The notes beneath the pieces were generated by a model. It was not told the DNA's origin. It made no database searches and saw nothing but the letters and a program-made list of their open reading frames with translations. Source: a virus (Duplodnaviria; Caudoviricetes). Taken from it: a stretch of DNA of 63,708 nt. A program made the position numbers and the translations under genes. Numbering within the stretch: the first letter of the stretch is position 1; the number at the start of each line of letters is the position of its first letter. The stretch covers positions 1 to 63,708 of the IMG/VR virus record IMGVR_UViG_3300042938_000824; one strand, given 5' to 3'. Positions 54,173 through 63,262 of this stretch are shown piece after piece.

Positions 54173-54400
54173 TCAATCTTCCCACGGGTCGTGGATGAAG
54201 TCGGCGAGGTCGGGCCTGAGCCGTTCGGGTTCGATACCAAGTATGCGGGCCACGCTCACGACGCGGTTCTCGGGCACGACGGTCCAGTGGTGGATGGACA
54301 CCGCCGAAATGCCCAACTGCCGCGCCAGCGCGGCTCGGTTGATCAGTTTTCGGTAGCGTCTCCATACGGCGACGGCCCTGCGGTCACGTTTTTGTTTCAT
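54173..54400 (-). CDS. Cro-like HTH regulator
   Basis: AALARQLGIS..SI..W..VP..R......GI....LRPDL. Confidence 0.8.
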   Translation of the reverse strand: MKQKRDRRAVAVWRRYRKLINRAALARQLGISAVSIHHWTVVPENRVVSVARILGIEPERLRPDLADFIHDPWED

Positions 54401-54408
54401 GGCACCGC

Positions 54409-54485
54409 ACTCTACAAGCTAACCACGGTTAATTCAACTTAATGTATGTTAGGTAGTTGCAAGGGTCCGCGACTGCCGCTATGAG
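54409..54485. promoter_or_regulatory. Divergent promoter pair with a candidate operator
   Basis: Minus TTGAAT-17-TAGAGT (54437-54409) with TAACC-ac-GGTTA in the spacer; plus TTGCAA-17-TATGAG (54457-54485). Confidence 0.6.
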
Positions 54486-54542
54486 TTACAAAGGTTCAAT
54501 CAGGGACGCATTGTGCGAAACGTTCGGCAAGGGAGACGGTGA

Positions 54543-54776
54543 ATGAGCGACTACAGGCCCTATTTCGTCCAAGATGGTCACGCCGACGCTTGGCGCCCTT
54601 GGTTTGCGTGGTGCCCTGTATGGGTTGCTGACCTCAACTGGCCTTACCCGCGTCAGAAACGTATCTGGCTCAAGCGCATCCTTCGCAGACGCTTCCACGC
54701 TGCGTCGTGGTTTCTCGATGGCTGCACATGGTGGTGGCAGTACGCCGAAAGCCCCACCCCCTCAAAGGAGCAATGA
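54543..54776 (+). CDS. Trp-rich hypothetical protein
   Basis: WRPWFAW.PV..WL..I.RR; GGGAG RBS. Confidence 0.65.
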   Translation: MSDYRPYFVQDGHADAWRPWFAWCPVWVADLNWPYPRQKRIWLKRILRRRFHAASWFLDGCTWWWQYAESPTPSKEQ

Positions 54777-54998
54777 ATGAGCGCGACCATCCACGCATTC
54801 CCACAGTTCACCCGCTTCGGTCCGCAACGCGAGGAATCTCGCCAACGTCTCGCCAAGCTATTCGCAGGCAAGTCCAAGGACGACATGCGGAAGCTATGGG
54901 ACACGGTAGGCGAGGACAGCTTCTCTGGCCCGTACGACTGCACCGACATCCACAGCTACATGAACATGCTGGGCGACGGCGAATACTGCGCGGTCTGA
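54777..54998 (+). CDS. Hypothetical protein
   Basis: AAGGAG RBS; GDG.YCAV end. Confidence 0.65.
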   Translation: MSATIHAFPQFTRFGPQREESRQRLAKLFAGKSKDDMRKLWDTVGEDSFSGPYDCTDIHSYMNMLGDGEYCAV

Positions 54999-55031
54999 AC
55001 TAACCCTCCCACCAACCCGGGCAAGACATCA

Positions 55032-55439
55032 ATGGGGATGACCATAATGACCAAACCTGAACGAGTTCTGCTTCTTGAAGAAGCTGCGCGCCTGACCAGC
55101 GGTGCCCGCGATGCCACCTACGGACCGCCGCTTATCAACCTGTCGGCATCCGGCGAACTGAAGGCCGTCATGCGTGCCCACCTCGTCCGCGACTTGTCGT
55201 TCGCCGAGATCGAGGCCCTCGACATGGTGCTGACCAAGATTGGCCGCATCATCACGGGCCCCGAGCCGCACCGGGACAACTATGTCGACGCTGCCGGGTA
55301 CATGGCCATCGCGTGGGAGGCAGCCGATGCGGACAAGAAAGACATCGACGAGGTCGGCAAGCTGCTAGACAGCCTCTTCCATCCTCAAGGCCGCGGCCCG
55401 GTAGTGTGGCCCGACGATGAGAAGCCGTCGGATAGCTGA
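55032..55439 (+). CDS. DUF6378-like helical protein
   Basis: L.EA.....R...YG.P..N, KI.R, H.DNYVD.AGY. Confidence 0.75.
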   Translation: MGMTIMTKPERVLLLEEAARLTSGARDATYGPPLINLSASGELKAVMRAHLVRDLSFAEIEALDMVLTKIGRIITGPEPHRDNYVDAAGYMAIAWEAADADKKDIDEVGKLLDSLFHPQGRGPVVWPDDEKPSDS

Positions 55440-55499
55440 CGCTATTCCGGCGCGCGGTGAAGTGGGGTATGCTCGACCCACACGCCAGCATGAGGTCAG

Positions 55500-55682
55500 A
55501 TGATGCCGCTCAAAAAGGGCAAGTCGAGCAAGGTCGTCAGCGCCAACATACGCGAATTGATGAAGTCAGGGCGGCCACAGAAGCAAGCGGTTGCCATTTC
55601 TTTGCGCTCGGCAGGCGTACCGCCCAAGAAAGCGACACCGGATGCCCCTCGCCATCAGCGCAAGGGCCCCGGTGTGAAGTAG
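55500..55682 (+). CDS. Small basic conserved phage protein
   Basis: MPLKKGKS..VVS.NI.E..SGRPQKQAVAI. Confidence 0.75.
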   Translation: MMPLKKGKSSKVVSANIRELMKSGRPQKQAVAISLRSAGVPPKKATPDAPRHQRKGPGVK

Positions 55683-55834
55683 GGGTTGAGCGGGGTCGGG
55701 TTCCAGCGGCGCACCTCTAGCGGGCCGATATGCGCCCGCCAGAGGTAGATGAAGCCGAGCGGCTTCTCGTCCCGCACGAACCAGAACTGCAAGCGCAGCC
55801 ACCAAACGAACTGGTATCGGGGCACGCGCATCAT
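55655..55834 (-). CDS. 59-aa hypothetical protein (not in track)
   Basis: ATGA overlap with the helicase stop; MMRVPRYQFVWW..IGPLEVRRW. Confidence 0.4.
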   Translation of the reverse strand: MMRVPRYQFVWWLRLQFWFVRDEKPLGFIYLWRAHIGPLEVRRWNPTPLNPYFTPGPLR

Positions 55835-57336
55835 ACGCGCCGGATCGCGTCGATGATCGTCTGCTGCGTCACGGCCTTGTCGCGCAGCGCCGCCGACACA
55901 CGCTGGTCAACGGTGTCGGTGGCAACGATGTGGTGACCGAAGCAGGCTCTGGTCTGGCCCTGCCTATCGACCCGGCCATTCGTCTGCATGTAGCTTTCAA
56001 GGGGCCAAGGCAATGCATACCAGCAGATATGCGAACCGCCCTTCTGCAGGTTTAGGCCATGGCCAGCTGAGAACGGATGCAGCGCCAGCACCGGCAGTTC
56101 CCGGTTGTTCCATCGGCGCACATGCTCTTCCGCCTTCGATGAGCCGACGCCCTGCCCGAGGTACGGCACATTGGGCCACACACGCTGGATCGCGCGAAGG
56201 TCTTCGGTGAACTCGTACGCGACCAGCAGCGGCTCGCCCTGTAGCTCGTCGATCAGGTCGGCGAGGGCGTGGGCCTTCTCTCCATGCACGACGTGGCTGT
56301 CGCCGTACTCGTCGTAGACAAAGCCCTGCGTCAGCTGGCGCAGCTTCATTGATGCGGCGGCTGCGGAGAAGGTGGTGATGTCCATGTCCTCGAGGGCCAT
56401 GGTCTTCTCCATCTCGTCGTACAGTTCGCGCGCCTTGTGCGGCAGTTCGACAGGGATCGCCGAGTGCATCATCGACTTCTGGTAGCTGAGCTGCGTCTCG
56501 TCGACCTTGAAGGCGACCGTGTTCAGTTGGCTGGTCAGCCGGTCGAGGGTTCCGTACTGCGGCCCCCACTTGAAGCCCTTGTAGTCGAGCGGCCTGAAGT
56601 ACTCCTGCCTCCACTTGTAGAAGCTCTTGCCCCACAGCGCGCCGCCGTCGACGATGGACACCTGCGCGAACAGGTCGAGGAAGCCCTCTGGCGCAGGCGT
56701 GCCGTTCAGGCCCCACACGATGGGCACCTTGGCCGTGTGCTTCTTGACTTCCTTGTACCTCGGAGACTTCGGGTTCTTGAGCTTGCCGATCTCGTCGAAG
56801 ATCCACAGGTCGAAGGGGCTCTCGCCCGGCGGCCAGACGTCGCACACCCACATCAGGTTCTCGTAGCTGGTGACGTGCAGGCACCGCGGCGGCTCGCTGG
56901 CGCGCACCAACTTGTTCACAGCGGTGTAATCCACAGTGTATTGCTTCAGTTTGGCTTCCAGTTCGCGCCGTTTCAGCACGTCATGCATCTTGGGGATGCG
57001 CGCCGTTGCCGACACGATCTTGCCCCAAAGGGTACGGCTGTCGCGGTACACGCCCTCGGGCCAGCCCGACGGCTCGCCGCCCCACGCCACGATGTCGGCG
57101 TCCTTGAGGTGCTCCCACTCCCCCCGCTCTTGTGGCCACACCAACTGCGCCACGCGGAGGGGAGCGAGCACCAGCGGGCGCTTCACATGACCGTCGCGCA
57201 TCAGTTCGAGCGCGGTCGTCCACCCGATCACGCTCTTACCAGCGCCCACCGGCAGCAGGGCAAGCGCCGAGTTGTGCTCATAGAGGTAGTCGATGGCGTT
57301 CTGCTGGTAGTCGAACAGATCAGATTTCTTGCGCAT
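55831..57336 (-). CDS. SNF2-like superfamily 2 helicase
   Basis: YQ, G.GKS, FDE, L.GTP, SAGHGLNLQ, Q.NGR.DRQGQ. Confidence 0.9.
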   Translation of the reverse strand: MRKKSDLFDYQQNAIDYLYEHNSALALLPVGAGKSVIGWTTALELMRDGHVKRPLVLAPLRVAQLVWPQERGEWEHLKDADIVAWGGEPSGWPEGVYRDSRTLWGKIVSATARIPKMHDVLKRRELEAKLKQYTVDYTAVNKLVRASEPPRCLHVTSYENLMWVCDVWPPGESPFDLWIFDEIGKLKNPKSPRYKEVKKHTAKVPIVWGLNGTPAPEGFLDLFAQVSIVDGGALWGKSFYKWRQEYFRPLDYKGFKWGPQYGTLDRLTSQLNTVAFKVDETQLSYQKSMMHSAIPVELPHKARELYDEMEKTMALEDMDITTFSAAAASMKLRQLTQGFVYDEYGDSHVVHGEKAHALADLIDELQGEPLLVAYEFTEDLRAIQRVWPNVPYLGQGVGSSKAEEHVRRWNNRELPVLALHPFSAGHGLNLQKGGSHICWYALPWPLESYMQTNGRVDRQGQTRACFGHHIVATDTVDQRVSAALRDKAVTQQTIIDAIRRV

Positions 57337-57901
57337 CGCGGGTCACCTTCAAAATGTACTTGTGTTTGTAAAACGAGCCCCCACGCTGGTGACCCAGCGC
57401 CAGCATCTCGGCCTTGGTCCTGTTGTAGGTGGCCTTGGCCGCGACCTGCCGCCCATCTTGCGACAGCCACTTCGTGTACGGGCCGGTGCGCCCGACATAG
57501 CGCCAGTTGGCCGTGCGGTAGACTAGGCCGGTGTGCCCTTGGCTCTCGTCAGCATAGGTGACGAGGTCTGTGAAGCGCCCGTCGCGGCGGATCAGTTTCA
57601 CTGACTTGGACAGCAGAAACGACGCGGCGTTCTTGGGCACCCCCGGCAAGATGACCATCCGGGTGAGCGAAAGAACCTTTTTCCAGTTCGTCTTGTTCAC
57701 GCTCTCAGCTGCAACCCGCGTCGGCGGCAGCCACCACGCGATGCCCATCAGCGCATCACCCTCACGCCGGTAGAGGCCATGCACATAGACCGCTGTGTTC
57801 GACCCACCCTTGGCGTAGTGATGCTCGCGTACCATCTGCTGCGCCGCCTTAAGGTCAGCATCGGTAACGTACCAATCTTCTTTATGCAGACGCTCGAGCA
57901 T
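57320..57901 (-). CDS. Mom-like GNAT DNA-modification protein (start MLERLH)
   Basis: V.EHHY, L.R....PKN..SFLL, TYAD..QGH.G..Y..ANW.Y.G. Confidence 0.75.
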   Translation of the reverse strand: MLERLHKEDWYVTDADLKAAQQMVREHHYAKGGSNTAVYVHGLYRREGDALMGIAWWLPPTRVAAESVNKTNWKKVLSLTRMVILPGVPKNAASFLLSKSVKLIRRDGRFTDLVTYADESQGHTGLVYRTANWRYVGRTGPYTKWLSQDGRQVAAKATYNRTKAEMLALGHQRGGSFYKHKYILKVTRDAQEI

Positions 57902-58190
57902 TTGTAGCCTCCCTCTCAAGCGTCTCTTCGAACTCGGCCTCGTTGTCGATGAAGTAGGTGGCAAAGCCTGCCTTGGCCAAGCGCTCGGCCCATCGCTTCT
58001 GCTGGCTGCTCACCCGCCCGGTCTTGATCCGCTTGAACTCGGCGAACCAGATGTGCCGACCCAGCATGATCGTCCTGTCGGGGAAGCCCCGCACGCCGGG
58101 GATCTGCAGCTTGATGGCGAGGCCGCCAAGGCGCTCGACCATCTGCACGCACCGCTCTTCCAGACTGCTCTCGAGTTCAACTCTTCCCAA
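57882..58190 (-). CDS. VRR-NUC nuclease (TTG start likely)
   Basis: E..LE, G.PDR, F.E.K...G..S.QQ; GGAG RBS. Confidence 0.8.
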   Translation of the reverse strand: MGRVELESSLEERCVQMVERLGGLAIKLQIPGVRGFPDRTIMLGRHIWFAEFKRIKTGRVSSQQKRWAERLAKAGFATYFIDNEAEFEETLEREATNARASA

Positions 58191-58213
58191 AGCTCTATCT
58201 CCAAAATGTTGGA

Positions 58214-58246
58214 TTGACACTAGTCCAACGACGCAGTAAACGTCAA
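58214..58246. promoter_or_regulatory. Overlapping divergent promoters
   Basis: Plus TTGACA-17-TAAACG; minus TTGACG-18-TAGTGT within the same 33 bp. Confidence 0.6.
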
Positions 58247-58268
58247 GGCAGAAACGGAGACGCAGCCT

Positions 58269-58445
58269 ATGCCATTCGAAAAACAGGGCGACCGCGTCGA
58301 CATCCACATATGGTTGTCGGAGCGCCATGTCGCTGTGCTGGACCGCTTGGCCCGACAGTTCGAACTGAGCCGGGCCAAGGTCATCGCGGGCCTGATCGAC
58401 GATTACGCCAAGGGTGAAAACAGGGGTGAAAACCGTGACCGCTGA
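58269..58445 (+). CDS. Ribbon-helix-helix DNA-binding protein (58 aa, not in track)
   Basis: GGAG RBS; IHIWLSERHVAVLDRLARQFELSRAKVIAGLI. Confidence 0.7.
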   Translation: MPFEKQGDRVDIHIWLSERHVAVLDRLARQFELSRAKVIAGLIDDYAKGENRGENRDR

Positions 58446-58539
58446 GAAGATGGCCTCGTGGGCCATGCTTGCCGCGCTTGCCGCCGTGGTGATCGCGTAC
58501 GTGATATTGGAGGGATTGCATGCCGTCGCGCTACTATGA
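58435..58539 (+). CDS. 34-aa hydrophobic peptide
   Basis: GTG start; MTAEKMASWAMLAALAAVVIAYVILEGL..; fills the gap. Confidence 0.4.
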   Translation: MTAEKMASWAMLAALAAVVIAYVILEGLHAVALL

Positions 58540-58732
58540 ACCGCTGACAACCGAAGAGGTCTGCGAAGCGCTCAGCGACTTCTTGCAGAAGAAGTACCCG
58601 CTGCGCACGATGCCGGAGGTGATCTGGTTCAGCCACGACATCCCGGCCCAGCGGCTCACCGTCGAGACCGCGACGCCGATCCCAGCGGACTTTTCTACCG
58701 ACGACGTGTACGATGAAGGGACGCCCGTATGA
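58520..58732 (+). CDS. Hypothetical protein
   Basis: GGAGG RBS; ATGA-coupled to the nuclease gene. Confidence 0.6.
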   Translation: MPSRYYEPLTTEEVCEALSDFLQKKYPLRTMPEVIWFSHDIPAQRLTVETATPIPADFSTDDVYDEGTPV

Positions 58733-59904
58733 CCACTACCGACATTGCCCACAAGGACCGCGCTCACAGCTACGTCGGCGGCTCGACCGCCAAGCGCGTC
58801 ATGAATTGTCCGGGCTCGGTCAATCTCTGCGCCCAGTACCCCAACGTCGAGACGGTGTTTGCCGCCGAGGGCACGGCACTGCACGAAGCCATCGACCTGA
58901 TCTTTCAGGGCCTGCTGAAGCACGACCGCGACGTGATCGGCCTCGACTTTAACGGCTTCGTCATCACCGAGGACATGTTCGAGCAGGCCATCGTGCCAGC
59001 CCTCGCCATGTGGGACGCGCTCGACGCTGAGTTGGGTGGTATCAACTACTACAACGAGCGGCGTGTGGTCTTCCCCGGCATTGAGGGGGCCTTCGGCACG
59101 GTCGACATGGTCGGCACGTCCAAGGACCGGACCGTGGTCTGGGACTGGAAGTTCGGTCGAGGCGTGGCAGTCACGGCTGAGAAGAACGAGCAGCTGATGT
59201 ACTACGCCTACGCTGCCGCCCACACGCAGCCCACCGACAGGTTCTTCGACTACGACAAGCCCATCGAGTTGTTCATCTGCCAGCCCATGATTTCGAACGG
59301 CGAGCGGTTCACGCGCTGGACGACAAGCTGGGCCCAGCTCGAGGTCTTCGCCCTCGAGTTGCGGCATGCCGTCGAGCGGTCGCAGGAGCCGGATCCGCCG
59401 TTCAAGACGGGGTCGTGGTGCCGGTTCTGCAACGCCAAGACGGGTTGCCCAGCATACCGGGGCATGGTCGATCAGGTAGCCACTCTCTCGTCTGCGCAGA
59501 TGCAGAGTGAGATCGAGCGGTGGTTGCCCTACGCAGACATGATGATCGAGTGGGGTCAGGCCGTGAAGGACACGGCGCACAGGCACCTCGAGGAGGGCGG
59601 CAGCATCGATGGCTGGAAGCTCGTCCAGAAGCGGGCGACGCGCAGGTGGGTCGATGAGGAGGCAGCCGACCGCTTCATGCAGGAGGCTGGCGTGCCGCCT
59701 GAACAGCGCAGTGTCAATACAGTGATTTCGCCTGCCGAGGCGGAAAAGGTGTTGAAGCGGCTCAAGGCCGGAGAGATACCTGACAGTCTGGTCTCGAAGA
59801 TTTCTTCGGGCACCACCTTGGCAACAGCCGATGACAAGCGACCAGCGGTCGAGACATCGGTGACGGCCTTGCAACGGTTGGCCGACGGGCTTGCCGCGAT
59901 GTGA
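58729..59904 (+). CDS. DUF2800-like Cas4/PD-(D/E)XK exonuclease
   Basis: R...CPGS, EGT..H, FGT.D, DWKFG.G, QL..YA, CRFC....CP. Confidence 0.85.
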   Translation: MTTTDIAHKDRAHSYVGGSTAKRVMNCPGSVNLCAQYPNVETVFAAEGTALHEAIDLIFQGLLKHDRDVIGLDFNGFVITEDMFEQAIVPALAMWDALDAELGGINYYNERRVVFPGIEGAFGTVDMVGTSKDRTVVWDWKFGRGVAVTAEKNEQLMYYAYAAAHTQPTDRFFDYDKPIELFICQPMISNGERFTRWTTSWAQLEVFALELRHAVERSQEPDPPFKTGSWCRFCNAKTGCPAYRGMVDQVATLSSAQMQSEIERWLPYADMMIEWGQAVKDTAHRHLEEGGSIDGWKLVQKRATRRWVDEEAADRFMQEAGVPPEQRSVNTVISPAEAEKVLKRLKAGEIPDSLVSKISSGTTLATADDKRPAVETSVTALQRLADGLAAM

Positions 59905-59949
59905 TGGGATGGTCCCATCACTTTAAGAAATAGGAAAAGGAATACGACT

Positions 59950-60720
59950 ATGGCTAACGACATCGCCTTCGCCAGCACGGCAGGCCTTATGTCCCGCGAG
60001 AGCCTCGCATCCTCCCTCAGCAACGTCGCCAGCGCGCTCCCCTCGAGCGTTGGCAGCGACGTCCAGTACCTGAAGATGGAGAAGGGGTCGGGTGACTGGC
60101 TCTATGGTCAGGAGGAAACTCTTGTCGACGCCGACAGCCTGTGGGCTGTCAACCCCCACTCCATCCAGCACGGCTGGGTCGCGTGGGACAGCGACGCGGG
60201 TGGCGCGCCGGTGCAGGAGATCATGGTTCCTGCCTCTCGCCCCATTCCTGCTGAAGGTTCGCTGCCTGTCCTGCCGCAGGGCGTGAGGGGCAATCAGCTG
60301 GCCTACAAGGCGCAGAGGTCGGTGCAGCTCGTCTGCATCGCCGACCCCAACGCCGACGGCAAGGACACCGACGTCGGCGTCGTCTGCGAGTACAAGCAGT
60401 CTAGCGTCGGCGCGATGCGCCTGTTCAAGGATCTGATCGACAAGCTGCTCGAGCGTGTACACGCTGGCGACGAAGCCATCGTGCCCATCGCGAAGCTGTC
60501 GCACTCGTCCTACAAGCACGACCGCTACGGCAAGATCATCAACCCCGTGTTGGAGATCGTTGAGTGGCGCGCGATGAACGACACGTCGCCAGCCGGTGCC
60601 GCCGCCGAGGAGACCGCCAACGAGGCGGTCGAGGAGGAGGACGAACTGGCTGCTGCGTATGAGGCGGAAGTCGAGGCAGCAGCCGCTGCTACCCCCCGCC
60701 GTCGTGCACGCCGGGACTAA
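59950..60720 (+). CDS. Single-stranded DNA-binding protein
   Basis: Between the exonuclease and PolA; YKH..YGKI..P; acidic tail. Confidence 0.7.
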   Translation: MANDIAFASTAGLMSRESLASSLSNVASALPSSVGSDVQYLKMEKGSGDWLYGQEETLVDADSLWAVNPHSIQHGWVAWDSDAGGAPVQEIMVPASRPIPAEGSLPVLPQGVRGNQLAYKAQRSVQLVCIADPNADGKDTDVGVVCEYKQSSVGAMRLFKDLIDKLLERVHAGDEAIVPIAKLSHSSYKHDRYGKIINPVLEIVEWRAMNDTSPAGAAAEETANEAVEEEDELAAAYEAEVEAAAAATPRRRARRD

Positions 60721-60726
60721 CCCGTC

Positions 60727-61026
60727 ATGAGCAAGGCTATTTACACGCCTCGCGTCGGAAACTCCGGCGCGATCCTGAAGGGCTTCATTGAGCGCATCGA
60801 AAACCTCAACGAAGAAAAGCGGGCTATCTCGGTCGACATCCGCGATATCTTCGCCGAGGCGAAGGGCAGCGGCTTCGAGCCCAAGATCATGCGCATCGTC
60901 ATGAAGCGCAGGGCCATGGATCGTGCCGCCGTGCAGGAGCAGGACGCGCTGGTTACGACCTACGCTCACGCTATCGGCGAGCCTGCCCCCGACGACGACG
61001 AGGAGACCACCTCGTCGTCTGACTGA
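60727..61026 (+). CDS. gapR: GapR (DUF2312)-like nucleoid-associated protein
   Basis: L..FIERIE.L.EEK..I..DI.DIFAEAKG.GF..K..R. Confidence 0.85.
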   Translation: MSKAIYTPRVGNSGAILKGFIERIENLNEEKRAISVDIRDIFAEAKGSGFEPKIMRIVMKRRAMDRAAVQEQDALVTTYAHAIGEPAPDDDEETTSSSD

Positions 61027-61095
61027 AGTAAGAGGGCCCCCGCCCGTTCAGGTACTGCGTACCGGGCGGGGGCCGCTCGAATGGGGGGACCATTT

Positions 61096-63210
61096 ATGCC
61101 GTACTGTTTCATGGACTGGGAGACCAGATCCGAACTCGACCTGACCATCGTCGGCGGCGCTCGCTACGCCAAGCACCCCTCGACGATGCCGCTGCTCCTG
61201 TCGTGGGCGGTTGACGATGGCCCGGTAAAGCTGTGGGTTCCAGACCTCTCCAGCCACCTCAGTCCCAAGGTGTGGTCCTTCGTCAAGGGCTACGTCGATG
61301 CCGTTGGTGCCTTCCCGCCTGAATTGCACGCCTTCGCCAAGAGTGCGGGCTGTTACTGGGTGGCATGGAACATGGCCTTCGACAGGCAGATCGCGCAGCA
61401 CTGCGCCGCGCCCCGCTTCGGCTTCCCTGACATGCCGACCACCAAGACGCTCGACGCCATGGCGCAGGCCGCGGCGTCGAACCTGCCCGGTCGTCTCGAC
61501 ATGGCCGGTCGTGTTCTCGGCCTCGGCAGCAAGACCGTGGGCGGCAAGGGCATCATGAAGAAGTTCGCCGACGCGGGCACGCCGATGCCCGACAACGTCG
61601 ACGACTGGAAGACCTACCTCGACTACTCCCGTCAGGACACGGTCCTGATGCGCGACATCTGGAAGGTGACGCGCCCGCTCGATGCCAGCGAGTGGCAGGA
61701 GTACTGGGTCAGCGAAGCCATCAATGACCGGGGCATGCTGGCCGACCTCGACGTCTGCCGCGGCGCGCTCAAGTACCGTGCCGAGGACGAGGCCTACAAC
61801 CGCGACGAGATCAAGCGCCTGACGCATGGCGCGGTTCCCGCCGTGACCATGACGGCCCGCATCAACGGGTGGATGTACCCCCGCCTGAGCCATGAGCTTC
61901 AGGAGTTCATGGTCAAGGAACGCAACGAAGCCGGTGAGCCGACGAAGTTCACGCTCTCGAAAGACACCATCGGGCGGCTGCTCGAAGAAATTGGCCTCAG
62001 CGATACACCGCCCGAAGACGAAGTGGTCGAGGTGCTGGAACTGCTCCAGTTCGGTCGCTCGTCGAGCGCGGTCAAGTTTGAGAAGATACTGAACCAAGCC
62101 GACGAAGGTCGGCTCAAGGGCAGCTACGTCTTCAATGGCGCGGGCCAGACCGGGCGCTTCTCGTCGCGCGGCGTGCAGGTACACAACCTGCCTCGCAAGT
62201 CGATGAACACCAAGCAGAACAAGACGCTTGAGCTTGACCTGCTCGACATGATCGCAGCGCAGGAACCCATTGAGAAACTGCGTCAGTACGGACCGGTCAG
62301 TTCGACGCTGTCGAAGCTGATCCGGCCCACCTTCCACGCGCCGAAGGGTCGTCTTCTGGTGTGGGGCGACTGGGCCGCCATCGAAGCTCGCGTTGCGCCA
62401 TGGCTGGCCAACTCGCACTCGGCCCGCAAGGCTGTGCTCGAACCCTTCGAGACTGGTGCCGACCTCTACATCCTCAACGCCGAGTCGATCTTCGGCGTGC
62501 CAGCCGACGTCATCCTCGAGCGCTACAACAACGGCGACAAAGAAGCCAACGAGATGCGCCAGTCGGGTAAGGTCGCAGTCCTCGCGCTCGGCTTCCTTGG
62601 CGGTGCCGGGGCCCTCAAGGCTATGGCTCGCGGCTACGGCATGAAGCTCAGCAACGAGGACGCCCAGAAGATCGTCGATGGCTGGAGGGAGCGCAACAGG
62701 TGGGCCCGGATCTTCGGCGATCAGTGCGAGGGTGCCGCCTTCTCGGCGATGAACAACCCCACGACGACCTTCGACGCTGGTCTGCTGCAATACGTGTTCA
62801 TGCCCAACCTGCTGCGCGGCACGCTGCTGTGCCGTCTGCCCGACGGTCGCTTCTTGTCGTACCCGATGGCGAAGGTTGAGGAGATCGAGAAGTTCGACCG
62901 CAAGTCTATGGCGATCACGTATCTGAACGGGGCAGGCAGGCGGTCGCTCTGGACAGGCCTCCAGCTGGAGAACGGTACACAGGCACTCGCAGCCTCGCTG
63001 CTACGTCAGACACTAGTGAAGATACACACGACGGTCAACTCCGCCGACATCGTCGGGCACACCCACGACGAGGTCATCTGCGAAACCGACGAAGACAACG
63101 CAGAACTCTTTGCCGAAAGGCTGAAGTCGATTATGCTGGAGGGGTTCGACTGGACGACGGGTCTGCCCCTCGGTGCCGAGGTGAAGACGTCGTGGTACTA
63201 TCACAAATGA
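61096..63210 (+). CDS. DNA polymerase family A with 3'-5' exonuclease
   Basis: DWETRS exonuclease I, TGRFSS, DWAAIE.R motif A, R...K...L motif B, HTHDE motif C. Confidence 0.92.
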   Translation: MPYCFMDWETRSELDLTIVGGARYAKHPSTMPLLLSWAVDDGPVKLWVPDLSSHLSPKVWSFVKGYVDAVGAFPPELHAFAKSAGCYWVAWNMAFDRQIAQHCAAPRFGFPDMPTTKTLDAMAQAAASNLPGRLDMAGRVLGLGSKTVGGKGIMKKFADAGTPMPDNVDDWKTYLDYSRQDTVLMRDIWKVTRPLDASEWQEYWVSEAINDRGMLADLDVCRGALKYRAEDEAYNRDEIKRLTHGAVPAVTMTARINGWMYPRLSHELQEFMVKERNEAGEPTKFTLSKDTIGRLLEEIGLSDTPPEDEVVEVLELLQFGRSSSAVKFEKILNQADEGRLKGSYVFNGAGQTGRFSSRGVQVHNLPRKSMNTKQNKTLELDLLDMIAAQEPIEKLRQYGPVSSTLSKLIRPTFHAPKGRLLVWGDWAAIEARVAPWLANSHSARKAVLEPFETGADLYILNAESIFGVPADVILERYNNGDKEANEMRQSGKVAVLALGFLGGAGALKAMARGYGMKLSNEDAQKIVDGWRERNRWARIFGDQCEGAAFSAMNNPTTTFDAGLLQYVFMPNLLRGTLLCRLPDGRFLSYPMAKVEEIEKFDRKSMAITYLNGAGRRSLWTGLQLENGTQALAASLLRQTLVKIHTTVNSADIVGHTHDEVICETDEDNAELFAERLKSIMLEGFDWTTGLPLGAEVKTSWYYHK

Positions 63211-63262
63211 AGCCTGCGCCTCTCGGCTGACTACCGCAGCCGCTACCAACCACGAGGACTTG

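Noticed and set aside
61034-61073. GC-rich hairpin between gapR and the polymerase gene as a terminator or ncRNA
   Set aside because: No U-tract and only one copy; no function can be supported
61048-62790. 580-aa minus-strand ORF and similar long antisense ORFs (189-1472, 59923-60969, 56437-57561)
   Set aside because: Mirror frames of well-supported genes
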